64,000 bases of DNA from Tubiluchus corallicola (Eukaryota; Animalia; Priapulida), in contig JAQGDQ010000058.1 of assembly GCA_030141605.1 (NCBI GenBank), positions 529,852 to 593,851 of the forward strand. Reading direction: 5' to 3'. Below are positions 11,501 through 24,443 of this stretch, piece after piece. The first letter of the stretch is position 1. Each line of letters begins with the position of its first letter. Position numbers and translations under genes: made by a program. A model generated the notes under the pieces. It saw only the letters and a list, made by a program, of their open reading frames with translations. It searched no databases and was not told where the DNA came from.

Positions 11501-14478
11501 ACCGCAGATCAACGTAAGTCTGACTTCATCATTGCCCACTGATAAAATGCGTCTTCAAAGCCTTATACGTCTAAGTTTTGTGTATCTAACTGCTTACGAA
11601 CATTATTAGTGCTACTATTGCTATTGTTCTTCTTGCTTCTTCTCGGCCACCATCACCACAGTCGCCAGCACCAGCACCGCCGCCACTAACGCCACCACCA
11701 GCACCGCCGCCACTAACGCCACAACCACACCACCTTTAGTACTACCACTCCACTACTACTACGACTAGAACTACAACTTAACACTAGAGCTAGTACTATT
11801 GTTGGTGTTGCCACTATCACTTTACGAACTGTAAAAGATAACAAATTCGATGAAAATAATAATTTAAGCAATTAAAGTCTCACATTTTTTTAAAATATCG
11901 GACTTCACTGACTGCAAAAATTGCCTTTTCTCCTCTTTAGCGAATAACTGATGCTTGTTGCTAACATCGTTGACATTTTCAACGTTCCTTGCTGGTCCTG
12001 ATGCTCCGTGTAGACCCTTCAACGTAAACAAACAGCATAGTATTAGTGTATCAAGGTTTTTACAATTATATTATTACTGAAACTATTATTACAGCAGCAA
12101 TGATATTACCACAACGCTGGTTAGAACTGACAAAAAATGAGTGAACCACAACTTTGGTTAGAACTGACGAAAATGAGTGGCGGTAAGCAAACAAATTGAT
12201 GTATATATATGTATATATATGTATATATCCCATCTTACTGGTAAAAAACAATTATTGATATACCCATAGACACAATATAAATGTACATGTACTGTAAACA
12301 ATGTACGAGTGTCTCGAGTCCAGTATTTCGTTTGTATTTGCATTATTCCGTTTTTTATTTCTTTAAACAAAGAAAGTAATATGTTTGAAAATATGTAGTC
12401 GCAAATGATGAAAACATTTGAGAACATTTATGTCGAATTAGATAAACTTCCGAAAAGAACTACGAAGAGACTACTACTTCTGCTGCACCTTATTTAAAGC
12501 ACTTTAGCCAGTAATTAGTATATGCATTTCCAATGTTAAATATTTGGACAGCTATGTTCAAATATTATTTCAAATACAAGAAAGAGTCATGGATTTGTTA
12601 GAAGTGGCCTCATAAAAAACGCCGGAAGCTAAGTCAAGTGTACCGCTCCTATCTCAGCAACCAATTCATCGGAGAGGGAAATCTCGTGTTGAAAGTCTCT
12701 CACAACTCGTCGTAATAACGGTCAGTAGAACTAACACACCGGAAAAATTCTCAAAGACTGCTTTTTATTCAGATTCAGGCGCTCAGTAAGTTTGGTACCT
12801 TGGTACAGGTAAACTTGGTCCTAGTAGTTTTGTTACGAGGAAATTTTAGTGCCGGGAAAATTTGCTACTAGAAACGTTTGGTACAGTGCTAGTTTGGCAC
12901 TGGGAAAACTGGGTACAGGGAAATATGTTTCTGGTAAATACAGTACCTCCGAAGTATTTTTGGTGCAAGTAAATCTGGTATAAAGTAAAAATGGTACGTT
13001 GCAGGTTTGATGCTGGGAAAGTTTAGTATTGGTACTTTACTCGTACCAAATTTACCCATGCATGTCGGTACCAAACTTACTTCCTACATCGGGACTGTTT
13101 GACACCTAGCCTACGTGATCTTTCATGATTAAACTATAGACTAGACTTTGAAAGGCTTTAGTACTGTACATTTTATTCAATAAAAAAATATGTAGCACAC
13201 TCAGTGACCTAAGACACTGACTGCCGAAGATATTTTGAAACTAAGTCTTGGTCACATGGCCAATTCTGAGTTCTGATTCTGACTACAGCCACAGATCATT
13301 AGCTGATAAAGCACATGTCTCCAATGTAAAAAGAAGGCTACGACAATTGATTGCAGCTAATTATATTCGAAGTTCCTTCGTAATGCGGTTTACTTAAATG
13401 AAAGTTTACTGCACATGCGCAATCAGTATTTTTATTCCGAGTGATAACTGACTGACTGTTCATTTTGCTGTTGTAGTATTGAATGACTTGATGACCAGTG
13501 ATGACGGTTTTAATTCAGTTAAAATACTGATCTTCAACCTCTGACAGAATGTCAATACTTCAATGTTCTAGGGAATTTAATAACCTGGGGACCTTGTGGG
13601 CCTATTGGTCCCATTGGTCCTTGTGGTCCTTCTCTTCCGTCTCGTCCATCACGGCCTGAAGGTCCCTGAGGTCCTCGAAGAATATCTGAAACGTGAATAA
13701 TGTGTCCTTATAGGTTATAGGTTTTATTATTGACTTAGAAATAAAAGTTATGCGGCTTCCAATTATGCAGTAAAAATAACTTCAAACGTTAAAATATGGT
13801 ATACCTGCCAATGATTGTATCATCATTCCTTCAAAAATATCTTTTGCTATTATTTCCGTTTCCTTAATATTTCGTTTTCTTCTACTGGAGCTAGATACCA
13901 ACTCAGCTTTATTGTCAGAAATAGCCAACTTTTTCAGCCCGTAAGAGAAATCGGTAAGAGAGATCTACAAGGTTAATTTCTATTAGTTACTTTAATTACT
14001 GTAACCAGTTAATTTGCAATAAAGCTCTAAAGTTGGGTTTGCGAGCATTTGAATTAGCCTATATTTTTCTATCCCATGCATAAAAAATTCAGCTCGTCGA
14101 CTTTGTTGTTTGTCCCGTTTATGTCGTCAGTTTTCATTCAGTCATTCCCTTGTTTGATACTTTTAAAACTTGTGGCTGTTACAAACCATGTTATTGCCTG
14201 CCAATTATCCTCAATGGTCAATCATAATTATAGCCATCATACAGGTTATTATGTCTATATCTCACCTTTTGTTCTTGTAAGTGAGCGATCAGTGCACTCA
14301 ATTCAGCTATCTCGTTTTTGATAATATGCCCATCATACGCGAAGTAAGCTCCTAGGGCGGTAACAAGCATTACTGTAAGAACTGTCAAAAACAACTGCCC
14401 TATACTTGAGTTACGATTTTTTGTGCAGACCGAGAGGAGCTCCTGTTTTTGAGTCGTCAATACTTCGAAACTTTTCAT
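5552..14478 (-). CDS. Type II transmembrane, furin-cleavable short collagen with C-terminal spongin/short-chain collagen C4-like domain (10 exons, ~405 aa)
   Basis: Exons with GT-AG ends and compatible phases: 14478-14266, 13964-13805, 13685-13585, 12016-11884 (donor least certain), 11467-11378, 11208-11105, 10950-10913, 7190-7085, 6331-6255, 5747-5552. Protein: TM LFLTVLTVMLVTALGAYFAY; SSRRKRNI; GPQGPSGRDGRDGREGPQGPMGPIGPQGPQGLHGASGPA; YIRWGRRACPTGAELVYEG; GGGGDYLCLPRNP; CAVCL; MMVPGWRHCPNNWTVEYKGYL; YVCLDEKP; CGSMPCPNY; EITCVVCTK*. Confidence 0.85.
7530..8720 (-). mobile_element. Degraded Ty3/Gypsy pol with integrase upstream of RT-RNaseH (Gmr1-like order), inside intron 7 of the collagen gene
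   Basis: Frameshifted minus-strand motifs in order: SGAYRPESQGAIE, LSFSPFEFAFEH and QLCHINML (integrase, ~8720-8420); KTDSHLIP, EIDD*VTEIGHAKY, VTLDGSFQYNVI/FGVKNA and HIDDVVV (RT, ~8200-7940); LDASDFGIGVVL (RNase H, ~7640-7600). Confidence 0.75.
8925..8980 (+). mobile_element. Gypsy integrase zinc-binding fragment (separate element, opposite strand)
   Basis: Translates QRLRNKLLDLAYEGHP, resembling the LRxxxLxLAHEGHPG motif. Short, so weak support. Confidence 0.45.
12786..13080. mobile_element. MITE-like element with internal degenerate TGGTAC tandem repeats
   Basis: Perfect 14-bp inverted repeat GTAAGTTTGGTACC (12786-12799) / GGTACCAAACTTAC (13067-13080) enclosing repeated (tt)tggtac-like units. 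Confidence 0.55.
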
Positions 14479-16249
14479 CTAAGTAACCACACAATTATAA
14501 TTATTAGTTTTTAGTTTCATGCAGATGTCCTTAAGCTAGTTGTCATATTGCATTAGAAATAAGTTTCAGAGAAGAGAAACTGATAAAGACAATACAAGTG
14601 ATTTTATATTTAGGCCCATGACCAAGTGAGTGATAGTGTTTATTTTTAACCATTTGGCAATTGTAATAAACTGGCAAATACAGGTATTTAGGCCCTACTA
14701 ACTTAGGTATACGACTATAAACATGTATTTAATAACAAAAATTACAAACGGCATTACACAGTTTTCCAAGCGCAAATGTCTCAAAATCGAACCTGGAACT
14801 AACTTGTACTTGTTTAACCTGGTTAGAATGACACTAACTTGCAGACAAATCCTCCTCTTTCCGAAGAGCTATAACATTTCCTCTGAAAATCAGAATTTGC
14901 TCTGAATGTTTTTCATACATGGTGCTCAGTCAAGTTTAGAAAAAAGTAATAGCGAATAAATACGCATTTTGCCCGTTTTCACCTCCTCCCATTGTCCAGG
15001 AGCATGCGCCGCAAATCAAAATGCATCTTGCTTGTCCCTGTTCACTTTCGTGGAAAACTGTTAAGTAGCTTTTGCGCAATTGTCTAACTGCTTATATAAC
15101 AGACAAAAAACAACCAACAAACAAACAGCGTAGAAGCATAACTTCCTTGCCACATAACTAAGCTAATTATCACCACTATATAACCCTAACTCTCACCTCA
15201 TATTTTATGAGTGTGTCATTTTTCCTAATATTTTTGGTCCTTTCTTCCTGTGCCATTTTTTCAGTTGATACTTTTCCTTTGCCATTTTTACCTGAGACAT
15301 TTTACCTGTGCCATTTTTACCGTGTTAAACAGAATGGTTCAAGCAGGAACTCGGTTCCATGTTTCTTACTGTCACGTTATTAAAATCCTTGCAGTTGTTT
15401 TGACCATATAAAAAGACAAACTCGGAGTGCAATATAGACGTGCTTTGTTAACAGAGATAATTTGAGACAAAACAGCCTAATAAATGCTTAATTCTACTTA
15501 CGTTATTAATTGCTATCATCATTCATTACAGTCACTCAGGTCAGAACCGGCAGCCATTTGAAACCATTACTGTAATATCATGGCAATGCATCAATCTTGT
15601 GCTAGCTGAACACGCTGTATTGTACTTGAAACAATGTAGAACAATCAGATTTATTTTCTACGAATAATACCGCCTGGGCTGCATAAAAATTCAATGTCAT
15701 CTCACGTTTTAAGGATGTTTGCATTTAACTGCAAAAGTGTAAAATGTTGTATTATTCTTAAATTAAGACGCGTTTTTATGTAAATTATGTTTGTGACCTT
15801 TTGACACCTATTGTCGACGGCAAGGATGAGTCTATTGAACATTAGGATGGTAAATCCAAAATCCGACCACGTCTCTTGAGTCTTGAATTCAAAATGGCGG
15901 ATCATAAATCCACCGACTCGGTCAGTATTTTCGAAATTCATTCTAGTGTATTCTTGTTTAATTTCGTGACAATCTGCATTGAATTGCTGCAACTGCGTGT
16001 CCCCGAGCCCAGGCTTTTTCGAAAATAATGTTTTCGCCGCCATCTTGAATTTAAATCGCAGATGGTCGATCGATGCGAAAGTACAGTATAGAGTCCTCTA
16101 CCAATAATTGTACAATTGTGCCATTTGTACTGTTGGATATTAGTAGGTTACACACACCGGTTGTTGTTAACAACGTACATACGTATATAATGTACATAAT
16201 TTATATAAATTTCAAAAATTATCGGTTTGATTTGACTCAGTCATGTCTA

Positions 16250-17150
16250 CATTCAAGGATTTTCTGGACCAATCTAGTATTTTTTATAAGTTCTGCATGT
16301 TGCAACGAATTTAAATACACAAGCTTCTCATTAGGAGACATAATACTGAAAATTAGAAAAAAATCAGAGAGAATGCCAAAACGTTCTCTCTTATATAAGT
16401 ATACAGTGAGCATTCAGCAATTACTTACAGTTCATTCTCTAGTCTACTTTATTTAAAGAACTTTCGTTTTCTGCAGCTATTTTTTCGGCTTATGATATCT
16501 GCCGATTTCAATTGCTAATTCATGAGTACTTATATAAAATCTTGATGAAGTAGTTTTGACATGTTTCAGAATTTGTGTTCTGAGTTTATTACAATCTTTA
16601 TTCGGCGCATCGAGGCTCATTTTCTCTTGCTTGTACTATCTATGCCGAATTTAAAGTTTATCATTGATGGTTTTGATAATTTTTTGTTAAATGTACCTGG
16701 TGCTTCCCAAACATGTCCAAAACCAAATAATAAAATAACAGTTTTGATGAAAGTGAGCCACGAAAGTCCACTACCTTCGCTAACGTTTTTAGAAAGATTA
16801 GAAGCAATGTTATTGGAGCTGTTATCTGGCTCTTCCAAAAGATGGAGCCACAAATTCCGACAATTTTTAATTGCATTAACAGACAACGGAATTTGATCTA
16901 ATTCATCCCTTACATCATTTATAACTATTTTAAAACAAACATTCAGCAACAAACGAACACATTTAGACTAATGCTTTTAGACTTGATCACATCATTACAT
17001 GATTCTAAATTAGATCTGTTTATTTTTCTTTGTCAATTGCAAGAATGTGCTATATGGTAACCATGTATTTGAAGCATACAAACATGTAGGAAGCGATGTG
17101 GAATTTTATATTGGTTTGCAGAGATTAAGAACTGTTTTAATTTTTATACA
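16250..17150 (-). mobile_element. Decayed non-LTR retrotransposon (LINE) ORF2 C-terminal region
   Basis: Minus-strand motifs LPTCLYASNTW, WLTFIKTVILLFGFGHVWEA, STHELAIEIGRYHKP and ECSLYTYIRER match LINE RT C-terminal and zinc-binding motifs; stops and frameshifts present. Confidence 0.65.
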
Positions 17151-17276
17151 TCTTTTTCGCTATTTTTTGGGATTTTAAAGATGTCTTCGTTATTCGCAGT
17201 TGTTGTTATTGTTATTGTCGTTCTCGCCGCTGCCGCCGCCGTTTTTGTTGTTATTGTTGTGCTTTTGCTGTTGTCA

Positions 17277-17372
17277 TTGTTGTTGTTGTTGTTGTTGTTG
17301 TTGCTGTTGCTGTTGCTGTTGTTGTTGTTGTTGTTGTTGTTGTTGCTGTTGTTGCTGGTGCTACTGCTGTTG
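17277..17372. repeat. (TTG/CTG)n microsatellite
   Basis: Directly visible; explains the poly-L/poly-C ORFs. Confidence 0.95.
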
Positions 17373-17373
17373 C

Positions 17374-18515
17374 TTTCGACAGTGCATATTTTCGCCAGTC
17401 TATCTTTTCGACAGTTTATCTTTTTGCCAGGGTATCTTTTTGCCAGGGTATCTTTTTGCCAGTGTATTTTTTCGCCGGTCTATCTTATCGCCAGTTTATC
17501 ATGACTAACACTGAAAACTTAACCGACCAAAAGTCACCATTGACTATTGGGTATCGACATGGTTTCATTTAAACGCTTTATGAACGGAAGATATAAGTGC
17601 TCCAGAGGTGCGCCATATATCATTGGATTTGCTATGAAATGAAGAATCCGATGCACCGCTAAAAAATCGTAAACTAATATTGCACAAAATTTGCGATATT
17701 AACCACCAAACGGTAGAAAGTAAGTATCATCAAAATCAAGTAAATACAGGGAAGCCGAGGCATAGTACTTTACTTGCTTTTTTTCGTTTGGATAGGTGGC
17801 GCTTCCTGTGGGAGTAATGGTTTATCAAAAATAAACGTATTTTGACGATTTTCGGGTCATATCTCTGGCGAGTCAAAGGGTCACGATCAGAAATTGTAAG
17901 CAAGGGTGGCTACAAACACACCAAATTTGATCAAGTAGTATTGTCTAGTTTTTGAGTTATTCCAAAAAGATGCGTATTTCGGAAACTAAACATCGCTGAA
18001 CGAAAATAACAGCAGATCCTGACTGTCAAATTTCCGACCGGACATCCTTTTTACTGACGTTTTCTGGCTAATTAAAACTGGACTCGCGGTTTTGGCGCAG
18101 TGCAACAGATTCCACGTTTCATTATAAATATATTATAATTATAAATGATATATGGCACGCCTCTGGAGCACTTGCATCTTCCGTTTATTAAGCGTTTAAA
18201 TGAAATCATGTCGATACCCAATGGTCAATGGTGACTTCTAATTCAGTTAAGTTTTCTGTGTTAGTCACATTAGACTAGTTGGCGAAAAGGTACACTGGCG
18301 GAAAGATAGACTGGCGAAAAGATGCACTGGCGGAAAGATAGACTGACGAAAAGATAGACTGACGAAAAGATAGACAGGCGAAAAGATGCACTGGTGTAAG
18401 GATGCACTAGCGAAAAGATAGACTAGCGAAAAGATGCACTGGCGAAAAGGTAGACTGGCGAAAAGACCAACTGGCGAAAATATAGACAGATAGAGTGGCG
18501 AAAAGATAACTGGTG
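17374..18515. mobile_element. Foldback/MITE-type element: long inverted repeats with outer 17-bp tandem arrays
   Basis: Array of TTTTCGCCAGTCTATCT-like units at 17374-17500 and its reverse complement at ~18280-18515. Inner ~125-bp inverted repeat at 17501-17623 versus ~18142-18270. Confidence 0.8.
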
Positions 18516-19573
18516 AAGTGGGTGATTACCTTTTGATACACAGCACATTGAATACAGGTACTACTGGCCACAGACACTTCTGGACACACGCCACGTTGGA
18601 CACAGATAGTTTTGGACACACGGCATATTGGGCACAGATACTTTTGAACACATAGCAGATTGTGCATAACTACATCTGTATTATACACGTTTCATCATAC
18701 GGCATATTGGACACAGTAGTTTCCTACAATACAAGTTTCGACAAAAAACGCCATACACGCGAAGTCATTGCAGTATACATGTAGCTTATATTATAAGTAG
18801 CGGCCTTATTTTAAACTTATCAGTATTTATTAGTAACTTATATTTGCCAGAAAGTAAGAACTAGGTCAGGATTTCTACATTAAAGGAAAAGCACTGCTGT
18901 TCGCTAAAATTTGCTTAAGTAGATCTAGTAGAAAATTTTTCCATTTCTGAGATTCCATCAATGTTTGTTACCGTTATGTCACAATAAAAATTACAAAAAT
19001 ACAAAGTTAAATGATATATCAGCTTTAGAAATGAAATAATTCAGAAGCCAGATCAGCTTACTTTAAAAACTTATGTTAAAAAGCCAATGTTTAACAAATA
19101 ATCAGTTTTAACTATTGACTTTTTCTTTCTATTTTTTCTGGACTTTTTCACTTTCGGTTTTTTGCACGGATCAGTAATAATTCATAATTCATAATATTCA
19201 TATAATATGTCATATAGTATTGTTACACTGCATTTATGCCAGGCAGAGGACGTCTCTTATTTGTGCCATTTTTTGATGTTGTTTGTTTGGTTTTTTATTC
19301 TTTTAATGCATCTATAAAAATAAAAGACTTTTGCGATGTAAAATCTTCAATAATAAATAACCGAATGACAAGATATTGCTTGATTTGAATGACATCAATG
19401 ATATCAATTCGTTCACTCCAAAAGATCTTATAAGCTGTAATTAAAAGTACGACTCCTATAAGTTATAACGAATGCAATAATTATTTCGGCTATTCAGTCG
19501 GTGTCACAAACCTATAATCGAACATGTGCTCACTTTCGGCACAATTTCCGCGATCAAAGAATTCTGCTGGTCG

Positions 19574-19574
<1 letters not shown>

Positions 19575-19607
<33 letters not shown>

Positions 19608-20190
19608 ATCTTTATTTGCCATTAAAAACATTGATAATCACTGATAAAAACTTTACAGAGATGATCAATCAGTGTTAGTTAATAAAAACTTACACTGCTG
19701 AAGGCAAATGCGTCAGTGCAATCTAAACTACTGTGCAGTAATGACGAATAAAATCAAACATATTTACAACCATATACAAAAAAATAAAAAAATAAAAAAA
19801 ACTATGATTTAATTAATATGGCCGTGGGTATATGAATTCTGAATTAGTGTGTATGTTGTCGTACTGGTGTGATGGCATTTCATATCTGGTTAATATTAGT
19901 GATTTTAATTTTGTTTTAAATGCTGATAGGGACTTGATTTATTTAACCTGTAATGGTAGAGAATTCCAAAGTAAAATTGCTTGTTTGATTACAGAGTTCG
20001 TTCCATAGTGGGTATTTGTCCTAATTTGTTTTAGATTGCTTGTTCTGGAATTAACGATAGGATTTGGAAAAAAGGTAAATCTGTTATTCTGGAATGGTTT
20101 GCTGATGTTGTTAATGTATTTAAATATAAAAAGCAGAGTAAAATATTTTAGTAATTTTACAGAGTTTTAGTAATTTAAGTTTAATCTGAA
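19575..20190 (-). mobile_element. CR1/L2-type LINE 3' end with (TA)n tail
   Basis: Minus strand translates NSRTSNLKQIRTNTHYGTNSVIKQAILLWNSLPLQVK*IKSLSAFKTKLKSLI; 3' UTR ends AAATAAAG then (TA)n. Same family as 54660-55430. Confidence 0.75.
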
Positions 20191-20329
20191 GTTAGGCTTT
20201 TACGAAGGTAAAATGGGATCATGTACGACGGCGAGTGTAGGATGCAGTGGAACAAATACATAAGAAATCCGGAAAACAAACCTTCATTCTTCCAGCGCTG
20301 TGAATGTTGATAATGCTAGACATACGTTC

Positions 20330-20480
20330 GACCACACAGTAGAGTCTAACGGGTATTGTGGCTGCATTCTGGCTGGGAGGTCGTGTGTTCGCGGCTGGGT
20401 AATATCAACAACTTTAAAAAATTGTACCTGCTGGTACTTGTACTGCTTAACGCGCGGCAGTTAGGGTAAAAGCGGGTTAA
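20330..20480 (+). mobile_element. Degenerate tRNA-headed SINE fragment
   Basis: B-box-like GGTCGTGTGTTCGC followed by ACTTTAAAAAATTGTACCTGCTG...CAGTTAGGGTAAAAG, resembling a conserved central SINE domain. Similarity judged from memory. Confidence 0.35.
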
Positions 20481-20581
20481 TATCTGCCAATGTAGGTGTA
20501 GTTTAATATTCAGTCAGCTATAAAAGTCCCATGGGAGGCTTGTGTTATTTGTTGAATTTAAAGCTGACTTTAAATGAAAGT

Positions 20582-20624
20582 TATGACTATTATTATTATT
20601 ATTATGATTATGATGATGATTATG

Positions 20625-20701
<77 letters not shown>

Positions 20702-20822
20702 GATTATGATTATGATTATGATTATGATTATGATTATGATTATGATTATGATTATGATTATGATTATGATTATGATTATGATTATGATTATGATTATGAT
20801 TATGATTATGATTATGATGATG

Positions 20823-20855
<33 letters not shown>
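20582..20855. repeat. Compound (TAT)n-(TATGAT)n-(TAT)n microsatellite
   Basis: Directly visible. Confidence 0.97.
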
Positions 20856-20856
<1 letters not shown>

Positions 20857-21998
20857 GATCATTGACCGCTATGTGTCGAACCTACGCTATGACTAAAATG
20901 ATCTGTCCCCAATACTTCTTGCGCCCAAAATGGCATGTGACGAAAGTGACATTGGCCAATAGTCTTTAGGTCTAAACTGGCCTGTGCTCAGTAGTCCATC
21001 TACCTAAATTTAACTAGGTCCAACCGATACCTTGCTTTACCCTTACTGGAGTGTATATACCATTAAACTGTTCGGTCGTTTACTCTCTGGTGATTTCGAT
21101 GTTCATAACTTTGAAATTTAATATCTACTATAAAGAATTAGGCATTCCATGATATTCGTACGCCTGCTACATGGCAATATACGGCATATTTATAGTCACT
21201 CTCCTACCTCAATAAAGGTGCGTACTAACACAACAAATCATCCTTGCGTACATATGTGCAAAATAAGCCATAAATAATATGAGTAACAGTTAGCAAGTAA
21301 CTATTTTGTCGACGAGCAGTAATCCTGAAATGAGTACTTTATGCTGAGATTTCTCAGCAGTTTATTGTTATCATAAAATGGAGAGCATAATTTCTAAATT
21401 AAAACAAAGAATAGGCAATAATAGAAGTTGTCCAGGGTACAGTTCACCAGTAAAACAGACCTATACAAGCCTCTGCATTTAAGCTATTATTAACGAAAAA
21501 GCGCAGAAATTTGCACACAAAATATATTCGAAGAGCTGAAACAGTACAGGTGTATTTGCATGTAATGTTGACGTGGGATGTCTCATGCATGCGTGGGTCT
21601 GGCACGAACAAACAGTCAAAGTTCAATTTATACTTTTATTGTCTACAGACCCACTTCTCATACCTGACGAGCTTTAAAATGTTACATGTTTTGTAGTGTG
21701 TAAAGGAGGTCCGAAGAAGGCAAAAAAAAGAAAACGTTTGGGTGATCCAGTTCTTTTTTTAAAATTAGCCTATTTTAAAAGGTTATATAATGAGTTATAT
21801 AGTTATATTTTTGGATAATGCAATATAGAATATTCCGTAATTCTGCTGCTATGTTTTGCAGGCCAGTTACGTAATAATTTACAGACGTGATAGTCAACGA
21901 TGTTAGTTGATTACACGATACGCAATGCAGCTGAATGTTTGAATGAATAATCAAAACGAGATTCTGCATGGTAAGGTGTCGTCAAAAGGGGTTCAAAG

Positions 21999-24443
21999 AT
22001 GGAGTTTTCTGCGCGCAATACTTTCCTGCAAATTGCATTTTTTGGTTTGCAACTAGCAATGACTGTAACAAGTTTTGAAGACGATTGTCCCAGGACATGT
22101 TCATGTTCTCTCAGATACGTGGCGGTATTCTGCGGTGAAAAAAATTCTGTGCCACCTGGTGGCTTGGCAAGATCTGCAGGAAGCTCTGACGAATTTCTGC
22201 AGTTTCCAAACTTCACATTGTTGTCAGGTCACCAGACTGAATTTGCTAATATCAGCGGCCGTAGTATTACAAGTATTACAAAGGAAACTTTTAATGGACT
22301 GGAAAATGTTCAGGTATTGTGTTTATTGCGCAATGAAATAAGGAAAATGAAGATTGGTGCATTTTCAAAACTGCAAAACCTTAGAACTCTTCTCATGCAA
22401 AAAAACGTTGTCAATTTTGCAACTTCTAGCATATTCGATGGCCCTAACGTGTTACATACCCTTCTGCTTCAAGATAACAAAATTCGTTCGATCGCTGACA
22501 GGTTTTTTCAGGGATTATTCAATCTAAACCATCTTAATTTTGCTAATAACACCATCGAATCTGTTTGGAACAACCCTTTTCAAAGTCTAACTGGATTAGG
22601 TGAACTCGACTTATCATCTAACATGTTGGTACATATGGAAGGTATATTCAACAATCTATCTTCACTTACCTCATTGAAACTTCGAGACAGTCAGCTTGTA
22701 CAACTGCCGAAGAATGTATTTACCGGCTTAGTGAATTTGCGACGTTTAACGCTTATTAATAATCCCCTGGGATACATACACAAAGATGCCTTCAAAGCTC
22801 TAGTGAATTTAAAGCAGTTATATCTGTATGGAACAAAACTTCGGAAGTTGGATAAAGACCTGTTCCAATTTACGAAAAATCTAGAAATATTGACAATTTC
22901 ACATTGTGAATTTACAACAACTGCTAATTTCATGGATGCTATAAACAGCCTGGAAAATTTAAGGCATTTAGATATATCTCACTTCCCTAATTTAAGCAGA
23001 ATTGAAGCAAGTACAGTTACGAATTTGGCCAGTTTGTCCAGATTAATCATTACACACATGTCCTCTCTGAAATATATTGAAGCTGATGCATTCAGCAACA
23101 TGAAAAATTTGCGAAGTATCTCTATACAAGAAAATGAAAAGCTGGACGCTATCAATGAAAATGCTTTTCGATCACTTGGAAATACCGGATCAGTGGAAAA
23201 AATGTATCTTTCTTATAACGGACTCACCAGCCTTTCAGTAAGTTTACTCTATATTATTACTTCTACTGCTGCTGCTACTATTACTATACAACTATTGTTA
23301 CTACTATTATTACCACAACAACAACCACTACTACTAGTACTACTACTACTACTGCTGTTGCTCCTGCTGCTGCCGCTGCTTCTGCTGCTGCTACTGCTAC
23401 TGCTAATACGACTGCGACTGCTGCTGTTCTGCTTTTGCAAATTTTTGCTCTTTGTCACTGTTTTGTCATGCCACATCTACCTAATGATCCAAAATTGATA
23501 AATTCTAGGAAAAATTGTTTGAATGGCGGCAGCTAGTGGTTCTAGATCTTCATAATAATCCTTGGAATTGTGACTGTTCCTTAAAGTGGATGTTAAAACT
23601 TTATAGCAATGGCTTCACAAATTTGCTCAGGTAAGTCAGTTCATTATTTCTTGAAAAAACGATTTATGAACCAGTCAGTAGAACGGCCACTAATAATTAC
23701 CGTTACCCCAAATTAGTCAGTCAGTGAGTCAAAGACTGTGTCAGTCAGTTAGTCTGTCGCTAAGACAGTCAATAAGTCGGTCAGTCAATTAGTCAGTCAG
23801 TCAATTAGGTTGATATGTCCGTCAGTCAATCAGTCAGCCAGCCAGCCTGTCTGTCTATCAATTTGTCTGTCCGTCTAACTGTCCGCCCATCTGTCTTACC
23901 GTCCTTCCGTCCGCCCGCCACTGCATAGGTTGTTGCATCACGCTATTCAATCAATAATTAAACATGTAACTATCCACTAAGAAAATTCACTTAATCTACT
24001 AGTGGTCTGCTAGAACCTAATTCGGACACTATATTACGTTAAATAATTTATCAATGCTAATTTAGTAAACATAGATTGTATGCATGTATGTACGTGTTTT
24101 TGTTAACAATCCAGTAAGTGGAAACACTAATAATTGTCTGTGGACTATTTTTCGTTCTAGATGTGAGGAACCGAAACACCTTGCGGGCAAGAACATACTG
24201 CTCTTAGAATACGATGATTTTCAGTGCGATCTTAACCTTACATCTTGGACGACCATCGCTGGCGTTGTTGCTGTTACTATTGGAATCTTATTCGTTGTTT
24301 CTTTGATCGCTTTCTTGCTAAATACACAAGTTATTAAAAAAATAAACGCAAGAAAACAAACTAAATACGTATCTATGGCCAACTCAGATTTCATAGATGA
24401 CGCTATTTCCTTCCCACAAGAACTGAAAATATTAAATGAATAA
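21999..24443 (+). CDS. LRR single-pass membrane protein, copy A (signal peptide, LRRNT, LRRs, LRRCT, TM, short tail; ~547 aa)
   Basis: Exons 21999-23237 (TCA|GTAAGT), 23509-23630 (EKLFEWRQLVVLDLHNNPWNCDCSLKW; AG|GTAAGT) and 24161-24443 (RCEEPKHLAGK, TM, KQTKYVSM). N-cap CPRTCSC and repeated LxxLxLxxN units. The poly-L end of the 499-aa ORF is intron read-through. Confidence 0.9.

Noticed and set aside
11825-11827. Possible 3-nt micro-exon (TTTTACAG|TTC|GTAAAG) in the collagen gene
   Set aside because: Not needed for frame and easily arises by chance.
15702-16051. 113-aa ORF and CGCCATCTT / AAAATGGCGG motifs as a YY1 promoter
   Set aside because: Motifs form a short inverted pair typical of TE fragments; the ORF has no recognisable homology.
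17374-18515. CRISPR-like appearance of 17-bp repeats (also 12790-13080 and 5045-5230)
   Set aside because: Head-to-tail units without unique spacers, eukaryotic context, no cas genes.
20531-20896. Poly-Y/YD and poly-I/IM ORFs; likewise ORFs at 17181-17508, 27270-28046, 38135-38479, 48542-48896 and 49984-50391
   Set aside because: Stop-free frames of simple repeats, with no other coding signal apart from the real exon at 48761-48826.
23238-23498. Poly-Leu 'transmembrane' end of the 499-aa LRR ORF
   Set aside because: Intron 1 read-through; the real LRRCT and TM are in downstream exons, as in the paralogue.
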